NCBI GenBank assembly: GCA_043228905.1
Contig: JBHGNT010000001.1
Location: 7,440,001 to 7,504,000, forward strand
Length of the DNA: 64,000 nucleotides
Origin: Azolla caroliniana
Taxonomy: Eukaryota > Plantae > Polypodiophyta
Direction: 5' to 3'
The notes under the pieces are model-generated. The model was not told the origin of the DNA and did not search any database. It saw only the letters and a program-made list of their open reading frames with translations. The position numbers and the translations under genes are program-made. This document shows, in pieces, positions 1 through 10,063 of this stretch; position 1 is the stretch's first letter, and the number at the start of each line of letters is the position of its first letter.

Positions 1-800
1 CTTTTCTAGTTTTATTGTGAGCTCTTTTTTGCATCAAAATCCATGTAAGGCATTGGGATGATTTTGTAGATCTGTATAAGACCTAGAGACCAAGAACATA
101 AAGAAGAATGTGAACATGTATATCTAATATGTCAACTCTTTTGCTGCTGTCACGTGTGTTGTTTGCTACCTCATTGATATAGAGTTTGAAGACGGTATGG
201 GAGAGTGGGCATTCTTGTTTCACACCAATGGTGCTTGTGATAACCTTCAAAGCCCCCTAGAAGCCTAACTTGTCCTGACACTTTCTCATATAATGGACAT
301 ATACCCCATGCCATGTTAGGATGAATTTTGGGTGCACAGAGTCTTTGTGGGAGATGTTCTCTTATGACATTATCAGATGCCTTGTAAAAATCTACAAAGC
401 ATCAATACAATCACATGTTTTGCACCTTTCTAGGATTTGGTTGGCGGTAGAGTACGCTCTCCTAAATCTTGCTTGGCTTTGTGCTCGTATCTCTATTGAC
501 CTGGGTGTAAGTGTTGACTACTTCTCTATAAAATTTGGCCAGTGTGTGGTCAATTGTGACAGTTAAATAATTCCTTGGTTGGAAGGGGTCCTCTCACTTA
601 TGAACATGCACGATCATGCACATGGTCCACTTATTGGAATGTCCTCAAACAAGGCCCTAGTGAAAATGTGTGCAAGGATTGGGAGAACTGTACTTACTGC
701 ATATATGAGGTGCTTGCATTGTAGTCCTGTGTAGTCAGAAAACCTTGTATGAGCTGAAGGTGGAGGAAGCAGGGCAAGTCTTTGAGGATTGTGGTAGAGG
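1..800 (-). mobile_element. Degenerate LINE (non-LTR) reverse transcriptase fragment, within an intron of the BRCT gene
   Basis: Minus-strand translation across stops and frameshifts gives RT motifs in the expected order: GLQCKHLIYA..PILAHIFTRAL, KWTMCMIVHVHK*EDP..PRNYLTVTIDHTLAKFY, RAQSQARFRRAYST, CFVDFYKASDNV, STIGVKQECPLSHTVFKLYINE, DLQNHPNALHGF*CKKELTIKLEK. These match the LINE consensus NYR.I / QAGFR / FVDFRKAFD / GVKQGCPLSP.LF. The YADD motif is eroded. Confidence 0.8.
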
Positions 801-1076
801 GGGCTGGTGAGGGACATTATACAATCTTTCTGCTTAAAAATGCCAGAATTGTGGTTCCTTGATTGGAGCCAGGTTATGGGGTTTTTTGATACGTTGTTAG
901 GTAGAGTCTGAGTGTTTGCTTATGAAGAGGTGGTATAAATTCCAATATTGTGCTTCCTCAAAAGAATGTCTTTTTTGCCTCATAATAGTTTGCACTTGCT
1001 TGTGAGCTATTTGTTGTGTAAACACATCTCTTTTGGTTCAGGCATATTTCCATGGAGGTTATGTGATAAAAAAAGC

Positions 1077-1077
<1 letters not shown>

Positions 1078-1141
<64 letters not shown>

Positions 1142-1305
1142 AGCCCAGATGGATGTAGCTCAGTTGGTAAGATTGTTCAATGGAGACCAGAAGAAGGTCA
1201 TGTTTTCAAAACCTACATTCCCCAGTGGCATCAACTAAATTAAGAGAATTTATATGGAGTGATAGAGGCGAGAAAGATAGACCTTGAACCCAAGGCTTAG
1301 GATTA

Positions 1306-1337
<32 letters not shown>
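1078..1337. repeat. Two (GA)n microsatellites (about 1078-1137 and 1307-1337)
   Basis: Perfect GA dinucleotide runs are directly visible. Confidence 0.95.
1151..1221 (+). mobile_element. tRNA-derived element (SINE head or pseudo-tRNA)
   Basis: A-box TAGCTCAGTTGG, degenerate B-box (GTTTTCAAAACC) and residual acceptor-stem pairing GGATGT...ACATTCC. No intact anticodon arm. Confidence 0.5.
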
Positions 1338-1342
<5 letters not shown>

Positions 1343-1351
1343 AAGCCACAG

Positions 1352-4300
1352 GTGCCAAGTTTTCTCTGGCGAAACAGATTGGGCTTAAATTGGTTAATCA
1401 TAAATGGCTCGAAGACTGGTAAAATTGCATAAAAGCAAGGTGCATTTGATTATCGGCATATGATGTTTTTATTTAACCGGAATTTCCTTGGATGGTTTGG
1501 CAGTTTGAAATCATGGTCAATCTTGTCTGAAGAGGATTATATGAAGAGGTATTTTTTCATTGTCGAAGATTTGTTTGCATTGATGATAATAGTGCTGATT
1601 CCAACTGATCTATGATGCCGTCTCTTTCAATTTTTGTAGTGGTGTGGAAGCTGAACTGCTGGAGGCAGAGGCTAAGGATTCTGAGGATAATGGAAGCAGT
1701 AGAGTTGAGGCAACAAGTGAGCATCGAATAAGCAATATAGCTGCTGGAGTTTGTGAATCCGGAAAACAGGAGTTTGTGTCCACTAATAGAGTGGCAGTTA
1801 ATGGAACTTTAAATTCATCTGGGGTTGAGGCCTCTAAGTCCATGCCTGCTCGATGTGTAGAAGTTCTGGTGCAGGATCTGATAAGTGATGCACAAACAGT
1901 CAAGTATGAGGTTGACACTACTGTTGCTGAAAATATGCTCATTGATGACGAAAGTGGAAACTTCCATAGAGGAGATCCAGCTAGGAGGCATCCTATTTCT
2001 AGAACAGAGGAGACACTAGCAAAAATTTCTCTAGATCATGTTGAGTGTACTAGTGGGGACATGAAGAATCATGAAAAACCATGTGGAGAAAGCACAAATT
2101 CAGTACAAATATTTATTACCAGGAAATCGGAAGCAGTTTCTTCCCCCAAGGCAAACAGAATTAAAACATACAGTAACCCAGTAACTACAGATAATGCTCA
2201 TTCCAAAGAAAACAATCAGAGTGAAAGTTCCCCAGCTAAAGTTGTGTCAGTAGTGGTAGTGAATAATTCTAAGATATGTTCTCCGTGCAGTGATAACTTG
2301 CTAGCCAATGAGCATACTGATACCAGTGAGTTTAAATTAAGTGATTTAAACATAGTGAAGAATATAGATGTACAAGTCACTCCATGCTGTAACATTAACC
2401 TAAGAAAGGAAATCTCAGGTCACATGCAAATAGAGGAAAACTATGAGGCATCCTCATATCCTTCCTTTCTACACAAGCATGAACAGCTAAATAAAAGTAA
2501 TGTTGTGGCAAATGCAATATCTGTTGGTCAAAGTCAGTTAAAGGGTAACAAGAAACGAAAGAGTCTGACAGATAGTAGTTTGGAAACTGTGGTCGGCAAC
2601 CATCTAGAATGTATCGAGAACACCTCTTCTAGATTAGTAGATACAAACATTGCAATCATTTCTGATATTGATGCTGTTCCTCTAGGGCATCCTAATATTA
2701 TGACAAATGGTGCAGGATGTGTGACGCCTGTGGATAGAAGTGAAATAAAAGGTAACAGAAAATGTAAAAGTAGGGAAACTAGTATTGTAAAAGATCTAGA
2801 TGACACAAGCCATACAGAATGTATGATATCTACTCCTTTATCTGTGGTTATATCCAAGTCTACAAGACATTCTTCTGGCTCAAAAGGAAACTTATCTGAA
2901 GATGTGCAAGCAGACCACAGTTCTACAGTTACAATGAAACATTCTAAAAGGAAACAGAGGGCAGCCTCACAGCAAGGCCATGAAAAGGATGTTGATCCAA
3001 TAAATTCATTGTCTTTGGAAAAGTTAGTCTCTTTTGATGCAACTTTTCCTCATAGTACATCAAAGAAGAGTTCAGTTCAAACAACTAAAATCAACGAAAA
3101 TGTTCATGACGCAATCATTAAAGATTGTGAGAAGGAAGAGGATGAGAATGAAGTTCATGCTGACAACAAAAAATACAATGGCAAAAAAAATGACAGAGAT
3201 ATGTTAGTTGAACGTGCAGAAAACTATACAAAGGTCAGTAAGAAACAGGCAATAGTTAGTGCAAATTGGCTTCAGCATGCTGAGTCGAATTTCCATGAAA
3301 GGGAGGAGCTAGTAAAGAAGGGTACAGTAATAAGCAATAGGAGAAAGAAGACACGACTGAATGATAATCAGGATGACTGTATAGTAAAAAAAAATCAGGT
3401 GAAAAATAGCAAGGCTGTAGCTCCAAAGAGGCGTAATGCTAAAAATTACATGGCTGTTGATGCCACATTTTGTGATAAAGAAAATGTTGTTACTAGTCAA
3501 GGTTGTGAAACAAAGTCTTTGTCCAAAATCTCTAAAACTAGTTCTGTACTGAAAGACTCAACAAAAGTTATTACTTTCCCCAGCAAATGTATGCTTCCAA
3601 ACATTGCAAAAGAAACATGTTTTGCTCTGAGTGGACGTAAAAGTGAAGTAAAACCTTTTCAAGCTATTGTGAAAAGGCTTGGAGGTAAGCTTTGTAGAGA
3701 TTCTCACCAATGGTCTCATCAAACAACACATTTAATAACAGTAGGGCAGCTTCGACGAACTGAAAAATTCTTTGCAGCTGCAGCAGCTGGAAGGTGAACT
3801 TTGTTATTTGAGTTAACTTAACTTTGTGCAGTCATTTTACGTGTTGACCTTGTTTTCTGCATAATGCCAATTGACAATGGCAGGTGGATTCTCCAAGATG
3901 ATTATTTGAAAGATAGTGCTGATGCAGGCGTTTTTCTAGATGAGAAGAAGTATGAATGGTATGGATCAGGGATGACAGAGGATGGTTCTATCTGCCTTGA
4001 GGCTCCAAGGAAGTGGCGAGAACAGAGAGAAAATTCAGGTTGCTGCGCTCTAGAAGGTTTGCGCATTCTTCTTTATGGGGAGTGCATAATACCATCATTG
4101 GTAAGCTTGGTTCAAGGATGCACTGTCCTAAGTTGATTGTTATTAATCTCATCTTTTCTACGTGGGTTCATATTCACCTTATGTTTTTACATCAGGACAC
4201 ATTGAAACGTGCAATTAGAGCAGGTGGAGCTGAGCTTTTGGCAACATCCCCACCCTACACACGCTTTCTGGGGTCTGGAGTTCATGTTGCTATTGTTAGC

Positions 4301-4738
4301 CCTGGAACTCCCAAGGCTGATTTCTGGGTCCAGGAGTTTCTCAACCATAACCTTGCTTGTGTAACCACAGATTTCTTTGTGAGTTTTGTATGCAAGCCGA
4401 ACTTGTCTCTAGATCAGCATGTATTGTATGATTCATTTAGTGCAGTTGAGAAGGTAGTGGCACAGCTGAAGAGCAATGAAAGAGCTGAGAAGAAATGGAC
4501 TGATGCGGAAGCCTGTGATGGTGAAGAGATCCGATGTTCTGTATGTGGCTCATCTGATCGAGAGGATGTAATGCTTCTCTGTGGAGATGATATTGGAAAT
4601 GGATGTGGCATTGCAATGCACACGGATTGTTGCAAGCCTCCTCTTGCTGAAGTACCCGTGAATGACTGGTTCTGTGTGCAATGCACGAAGCCAGCCTTGC
4701 TTCAGCCGAAAAAGAAACCGAAAAGAAAAGTTGTTTAG
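1352..4738 (+). CDS. BRCT-domain protein with C-terminal PHD finger (At4g02110-like), 5' end outside the window
   Basis: Exons 1352-1418, 1504-1548, 1640-3793, 3884-4100 and 4196-4738, all GT-AG and phase-consistent. They give the BRCT end GAKFSLAKQIGLKLVNHKWLEDCLKSWSIL, a long low-complexity linker, the BRCT region THLITVGQLRRTEKFFAAAAAGRWILQDDYL, and the PHD finger CSVC..MLLCGD..GCGIAMHTDCCKPPLAEVPVNDWFCVQC, followed by a basic KKKPKRK tail. Confidence 0.88.
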
Positions 4739-5653
4739 CCTTTTTATCGCAAGCCATGATTGATTGTTCAACAGAAAATCATCATCAAAGAAATTTTAGC
4801 TAGTCCTTTCATCTCATAAGCTATGCTTGATCCAGAATAAAAACAAAATGATAAGAAATGCATGCTAGCTGTTCCTCTCATAAACCTGTCTGCCTATTAA
4901 TATATAATGAACATGTTCAGTGTAAGGCAGTATAAATTGCTGAGGAACCATCTAGAAAATTTCTAGCTGTTATGTCATTGATGAGTGAACATGAGATATA
5001 ATTGCCATGCTTGTAGCTCTTTCCATGTGGCCCACTTAATGAATTCCTTCAAATATGTTAGTAAATTGTATTTGGAGCAGCTCATTGTCAAAGCTGCAGT
5101 ATTACATGATTTTTATCTGCTGTAATGGAATGATGTCTACAATCAAGAATGTATAAATAAATTCTCATGATAAATTGATGGCAAAATAAGTGGTCCAATG
5201 ATAGGGCATCAATGGCAGTTGAAATTAGAGCATTTTGTTGTGCATTTTGACTGGTTGCCTGCACTACCATGTAGATTTAGATTTGTGATTTTTACCAAAG
5301 TCTATATAATATAACATCCTTTGCAATATAACATGACCTTGCTGGGGTAAATATCATATTGCTGACTCAAATATGACAAGAAAGTCAGTAGGTATATCAG
5401 AATAATGTAACCATAATTTTCTCAATGCAAACATAAAATCTGGTGTGCTTTGCATCTGAGCTAAACCTGGTTTTTTGCTGGATTTGGTAAAATATATGAA
5501 GTCAATCAAAGTAGAATGATGCAACTTCTTTTAAATCTATTAATGTTAGTATCAGTCTCAAAATTCCCTTAATTTTTTCAACACTAAGTCAAGCCAGACT
5601 TTGAGATTCTCGTGTTATAGCAGTTGCAGCAATGTCCAAAGCCCAAGTTTGAA

Positions 5654-8125
5654 TTACTGAATTTTTAATCTTAAACTTTTGATAATATTGGACATCAAAA
5701 CATAGGGTCCTGACTCCTTTTCAATAGATCTAATTGCTTGGGAAAAGGCATCGTCGGCGAGCTCCATATTTCCCCACTTTTGACAAGCGCCTAACATCAT
5801 GATCCATGTAACAAGGCTAGGCTCATGTGGCATGCTTTCAAGTAAGGTTAATGCTTCATCAAGTTGACCTGCCCTGCAAAGAACATCAAGCAAACTATTA
5901 TGATGTTTCCTGGATAAATTAATTCCACACTCCTTGTTCATAAGATTCACATAGTTCTGGACATTTCCCACAAGGCCAGCATGGCTGCATGCTGTGAGAA
6001 TACAGTGAAGTGAGTACTCATCTGGCTTTATTCCTTCATTCTCCATAACCTTGAATAAACTTGAAACCTTTTTGATATCGCCTAGGCGAGCATATCCCAT
6101 ACTTAATGCGCTCCATCCAACAAGATCTTTTCTTGGCATTGAATCAAATATTTTTTGGGCGTCAAACATACTACCACATTTGGAATACATGTCAACAAGA
6201 GAAGTCTGCACCGTTAAATCCGTTATCTTAAGTTGGTTAGGTTTGTAGACTTGAACATGTATCTTTTTCCCGGCCTCAATAATTGCTGCATCACCAGCTG
6301 TTGTAAGAATACTGGCAAATACCACATCATCTGGCAATATACCTTGCTCTTGCATCTGTGAAAAAAGTCTAAAAACCTTCTCAGTTTCGCCTTCCTGAGC
6401 TTGGTAAAGAATCACAGTATTCCATGACACACCATTTGTGAACACGCCTTCTGATTGCATTCGTCCCAAACAATATTCTGCTTCCTCTGGAAATCCATTA
6501 TGAATGTATGCAGCGATAAGTGCATTCCAGGAGACTACATCACGGGTTTGAATTTCATCAAATAATACTTGAGATTCTAGCAAAAACCCAGATTTCCCAT
6601 ACATATCTATGAGGACGTTTCCAATAAAAAGATCATTTTCATATCCCTCCTTTACAACTTTTGCATGTATTACACGGCCCTTATCAACAGCACCTGCTTT
6701 ACAACAAGCTTTCACGCAACAAAGAAACATAACACGATCCGGAGACATCCCTTCCAATATCATTTGCTCTATACAAGACATTGCTTCATCCACAAGTCCA
6801 TGCTCTGAATACCCATCAATAATTGCTGTCCACGCAACAACATCTCTGTGAGGTATCTCATTAAATAATTCTCTTGCCTCCATTATCAAACCACATTTAG
6901 CATACATAGCTACTAAGGTGCTAGCGGCACAAGAGGCTACCTCAAGTCCCTCTGTAATAATATCTGCATGTAATTGCAAACCCTTATCTATGGCACCTAT
7001 ACTGGCACAAGCTTTAAGGCTGCATATATAAGTGACTGCATTTGGAGAGATGCCATCACATTGCATTTTTCTTATACAATCAAGGGCCTCCTCAAAAAGC
7101 CCTTGCTCGGTATAGCCCGATATAAGTGCAGTCCATGAGACCACATCTCTAACTTGAAATTCATTAAACACTTCTTTAGCTTCTACAAGTAAGCCACACT
7201 TGGCATACATATCCACCAGTGTGCTACCAATGAATGCCTCAGCTTCATATCCTTCTTTAACTATATCACAATGTATTTTCTGGCCTAATTGTATTGCTCT
7301 TATGCTACTACAAGCTTTCACACCACAAATAAATGTGATAAGTGTAGGAATGATGTCTTCATATTGCATTTGTTCAAAATGATTTAGAGCCTCTTCCCCT
7401 TCCCCATGTTCAACATAACCTGCAATTAATGCATTCCATGCAACAGCATCCCGAGATGGCATCCTATCAAGCACTTCCTCTGCTTCTGCAAGAAATCCAT
7501 TCTTGGCATATAAATCTATGAGACCACTACACACAAAAGGATGCCATTCAAATCCAAGTTTAACAATATCTCCATATATATACTGCCCAGTTTCCATCTT
7601 CTTTAACTTTGTACATGCTTTGAGCAAGGAAACTAATGCATGGACATCAAGTTTCATCAGATGTCCTTGCATTTTTGCGAACAAATCAAGGGCTTGTTCG
7701 AAATCTCCACATTGGACGTATCCTTGTATCAAAGAGGACCAAGAATACTCGTTCCGATAACAAAGCTTAAAAAATAGCTTTTCTGCTTCAAATAAATCCC
7801 CACACTCTACAAACATTGGAACAAGATAATTCCCATATAACCTGTGCGTTTCCAGCCCATACTTAGCAATGTGCATATACAATTGTTTGGCATGCGAATT
7901 CTTCTTTGCGTTCCTGAAATTGTGAGTAATATCGATCAAGTCATCCAAAGAAGGTGGCTCTGATGTGTTTTTGAGCCATGAAAGCGTCTCCTTAAGAGTT
8001 ATACTGTCCCAAGAAGCCATTTGTGAAGGATTAAAAGCATCCTCGACAATTTTTTCATTGGAGATGGTTTCATCAATACCACGCCTGAATTGATATGGTA
8101 CGGGGAAGGTCGAGATTCCTTCCAT
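5654..8125 (-). CDS. PLS-class pentatricopeptide repeat protein, E-type (organellar RNA-editing factor family), 823 aa
   Basis: Intronless ORF with repeated P-L-S triplets (DVVSWTALISGY / TYICSLKAC / LVDMYAKCG). It ends in E1 and a partial E2 (LGACQKWGNMELA..YVLMSNI). No DYW domain. Confidence 0.93.
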   Translation of the reverse strand: MEGISTFPVPYQFRRGIDETISNEKIVEDAFNPSQMASWDSITLKETLSWLKNTSEPPSLDDLIDITHNFRNAKKNSHAKQLYMHIAKYGLETHRLYGNYLVPMFVECGDLFEAEKLFFKLCYRNEYSWSSLIQGYVQCGDFEQALDLFAKMQGHLMKLDVHALVSLLKACTKLKKMETGQYIYGDIVKLGFEWHPFVCSGLIDLYAKNGFLAEAEEVLDRMPSRDAVAWNALIAGYVEHGEGEEALNHFEQMQYEDIIPTLITFICGVKACSSIRAIQLGQKIHCDIVKEGYEAEAFIGSTLVDMYAKCGLLVEAKEVFNEFQVRDVVSWTALISGYTEQGLFEEALDCIRKMQCDGISPNAVTYICSLKACASIGAIDKGLQLHADIITEGLEVASCAASTLVAMYAKCGLIMEARELFNEIPHRDVVAWTAIIDGYSEHGLVDEAMSCIEQMILEGMSPDRVMFLCCVKACCKAGAVDKGRVIHAKVVKEGYENDLFIGNVLIDMYGKSGFLLESQVLFDEIQTRDVVSWNALIAAYIHNGFPEEAEYCLGRMQSEGVFTNGVSWNTVILYQAQEGETEKVFRLFSQMQEQGILPDDVVFASILTTAGDAAIIEAGKKIHVQVYKPNQLKITDLTVQTSLVDMYSKCGSMFDAQKIFDSMPRKDLVGWSALSMGYARLGDIKKVSSLFKVMENEGIKPDEYSLHCILTACSHAGLVGNVQNYVNLMNKECGINLSRKHHNSLLDVLCRAGQLDEALTLLESMPHEPSLVTWIMMLGACQKWGNMELADDAFSQAIRSIEKESGPYVLMSNIIKSLRLKIQ

Positions 8126-8154
8126 GTGTATCTTAAATCATAGAGTCTAATGCT

Positions 8155-8265
8155 ATGAAACCATCATAATTGAACATAGAGCATATGATCTGAAGCGATG
8201 AAACCATCATAATTGGACATAGAGCATATAATCTCAGGCGATGAAACTATCATAAACTCAACATA
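8155..8265. repeat. 43-bp tandem repeat, about 2.5 copies, just upstream of the PPR start
   Basis: ATGAAACCATCATAATTG(A/G)ACATAGAGCATAT unit at 8155 and 8198, with a degenerate copy at 8241. Confidence 0.85.
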
Positions 8266-9684
8266 AAACAGAGAATTTCAAGCTATGAAATGATGCATCA
8301 TTTTTCTCGCATATAACTACAGTCCTCTGTTTCCTCTCGGAAAAGACATGGTGAGCAATCCTATATCATTATCTTTTTAACTACAATAACTTAAGAGGAA
8401 TCATGAACACTTGTGAACGAAGTTTAGGGAAATCTTCAAATATAGCCTTCGAGGCTCCTCATGCTTTGAGAAATATCACTACATTACCCTCCTAGCCCAA
8501 AATGTGAAGTTAATATTCTGCGCACATGATCATAAACCGTAAAATAGTTTCAATGCACATATTTCGGCGAACTACCGTGCTGATTTTTACATACCATGCT
8601 CATCACCATGTTGATAATCACATAAATAATCTTAGTGGCCATTGTATGAGTTGTTCGTAAAACAAGTATATATCACCCTAACATGAGTATATATTATCAT
8701 TATGCTAGAGTCACATCAAGATTTACAATCAAGGTGTACTTTATCAATGATTAATATCTGTAACTAGAATTAGAGACAAATAAGAGTGTTGATAGATTTT
8801 GCCAATAAAGGTCAATTAATATTTGTTGGCTTTGCTATTATCTAACCTTTCCAAGTGATACAATTTTAACTTTATTTAGAGGATAAATTAGTTCTTTTTA
8901 TTTACCAAGGGTACGTCGACAAAGTACAAGGGGTAATTTGATATTACCCCAAAGATGAGACCTATCTTTGACATTTTTAACATAGAAAAAGCACTATATA
9001 CAATATCACAAATATTTCTAGGATTTAGTAATGGAGACAAGGTCTACATGATACTCTCGCAAATATTCCCCATCAATTTGATTCAATGAAGTTATGAATT
9101 GTATGTTCGCGATCTTATTTTTTCAAAGTGTTTCAAACATTAAAGAGTGGTCGAGTGTGTGCTTTCGGATGTTCAAGTTGAAAGCAATGTGTTTGGTGTT
9201 GTATCCATTATAGCAAACCTTACATGCTTGTTTGAGGTCATGTAATTAACCAATTTGTCTTACGAATATATCTATGGCTTTACAAATACAACCCAATGGA
9301 TAAAAACAATCGAAAGGACCAAAGGCTAAAGGCATCTATAGAAAAGAAACAGTGTGGTCTACTTTGCCATAACTCTCATCGTGGTCATGCTTGGACACAA
9401 CAATTATGTAATTAGAATTGTTTGCACATGGAGATTGACAAAGGTTGAAGCAATGCCTTTTAAAGGCAGTTGATTAGTTGGTATACATGACATGCCACAC
9501 AAAGAATAATTATAGGAAAATATATTGACACAAGATAGTGATGAAATTGATCAAAAGTTACCTTTCTTCTTTCTTCGTTAAAAGATGGTGTGTTAATATA
9601 CAGCACTACTAATACATGGTCATGATCACTGGCAAAACATCGAAGACACTAGACAAGTGGCAATTTGGTAAGTCTGACATTGGG

Positions 9685-9976
9685 AAATGCAAGTGTTGGA
9701 TATCAAATGGCTGGACCCCTAGTGTCAAAACCCCAGGTGACTCCAATGCGAACTAATAACAAACACAATAAGACCCCTTCCAAACAAGAAATATGATCCA
9801 CAATACCATCATAGAGAGAAGCAATTTGTGAAATGCAAGTGTTGGATATCAAATGGCTGCACCCCTAGTGTCAAAACCCCAGGTGACTCCAATGCGAACT
9901 AATAACAAATACAATAAGACCCCTTCCAAACAAGAAATATGATCCACAATACCATCATAGAGAGAAGCAATTTGTG
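9685..9976. repeat. 146-bp near-perfect tandem duplication
   Basis: 9685-9830 and 9831-9976 (AAATGCAAGTGTTGGATATC...GCAATTTGTG); I saw about 2 mismatches. Confidence 0.95.
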
Positions 9977-10063
9977 TCTTACAATTGTACCATATTAAGA
10001 CCTGGCACCCTAGTTCTAAACCATAATCTTTATTAACCTAGAGGCAAAAAGGTTCATGATTTA

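Noticed and set aside
141-195. Possible upstream BRCT exon (VTCVVCY..EFEDG followed by GT)
   Set aside because: It lies antisense within the LINE RT fragment (GVKQECPLS region), so the resemblance to THLICYKFEG is probably chance.
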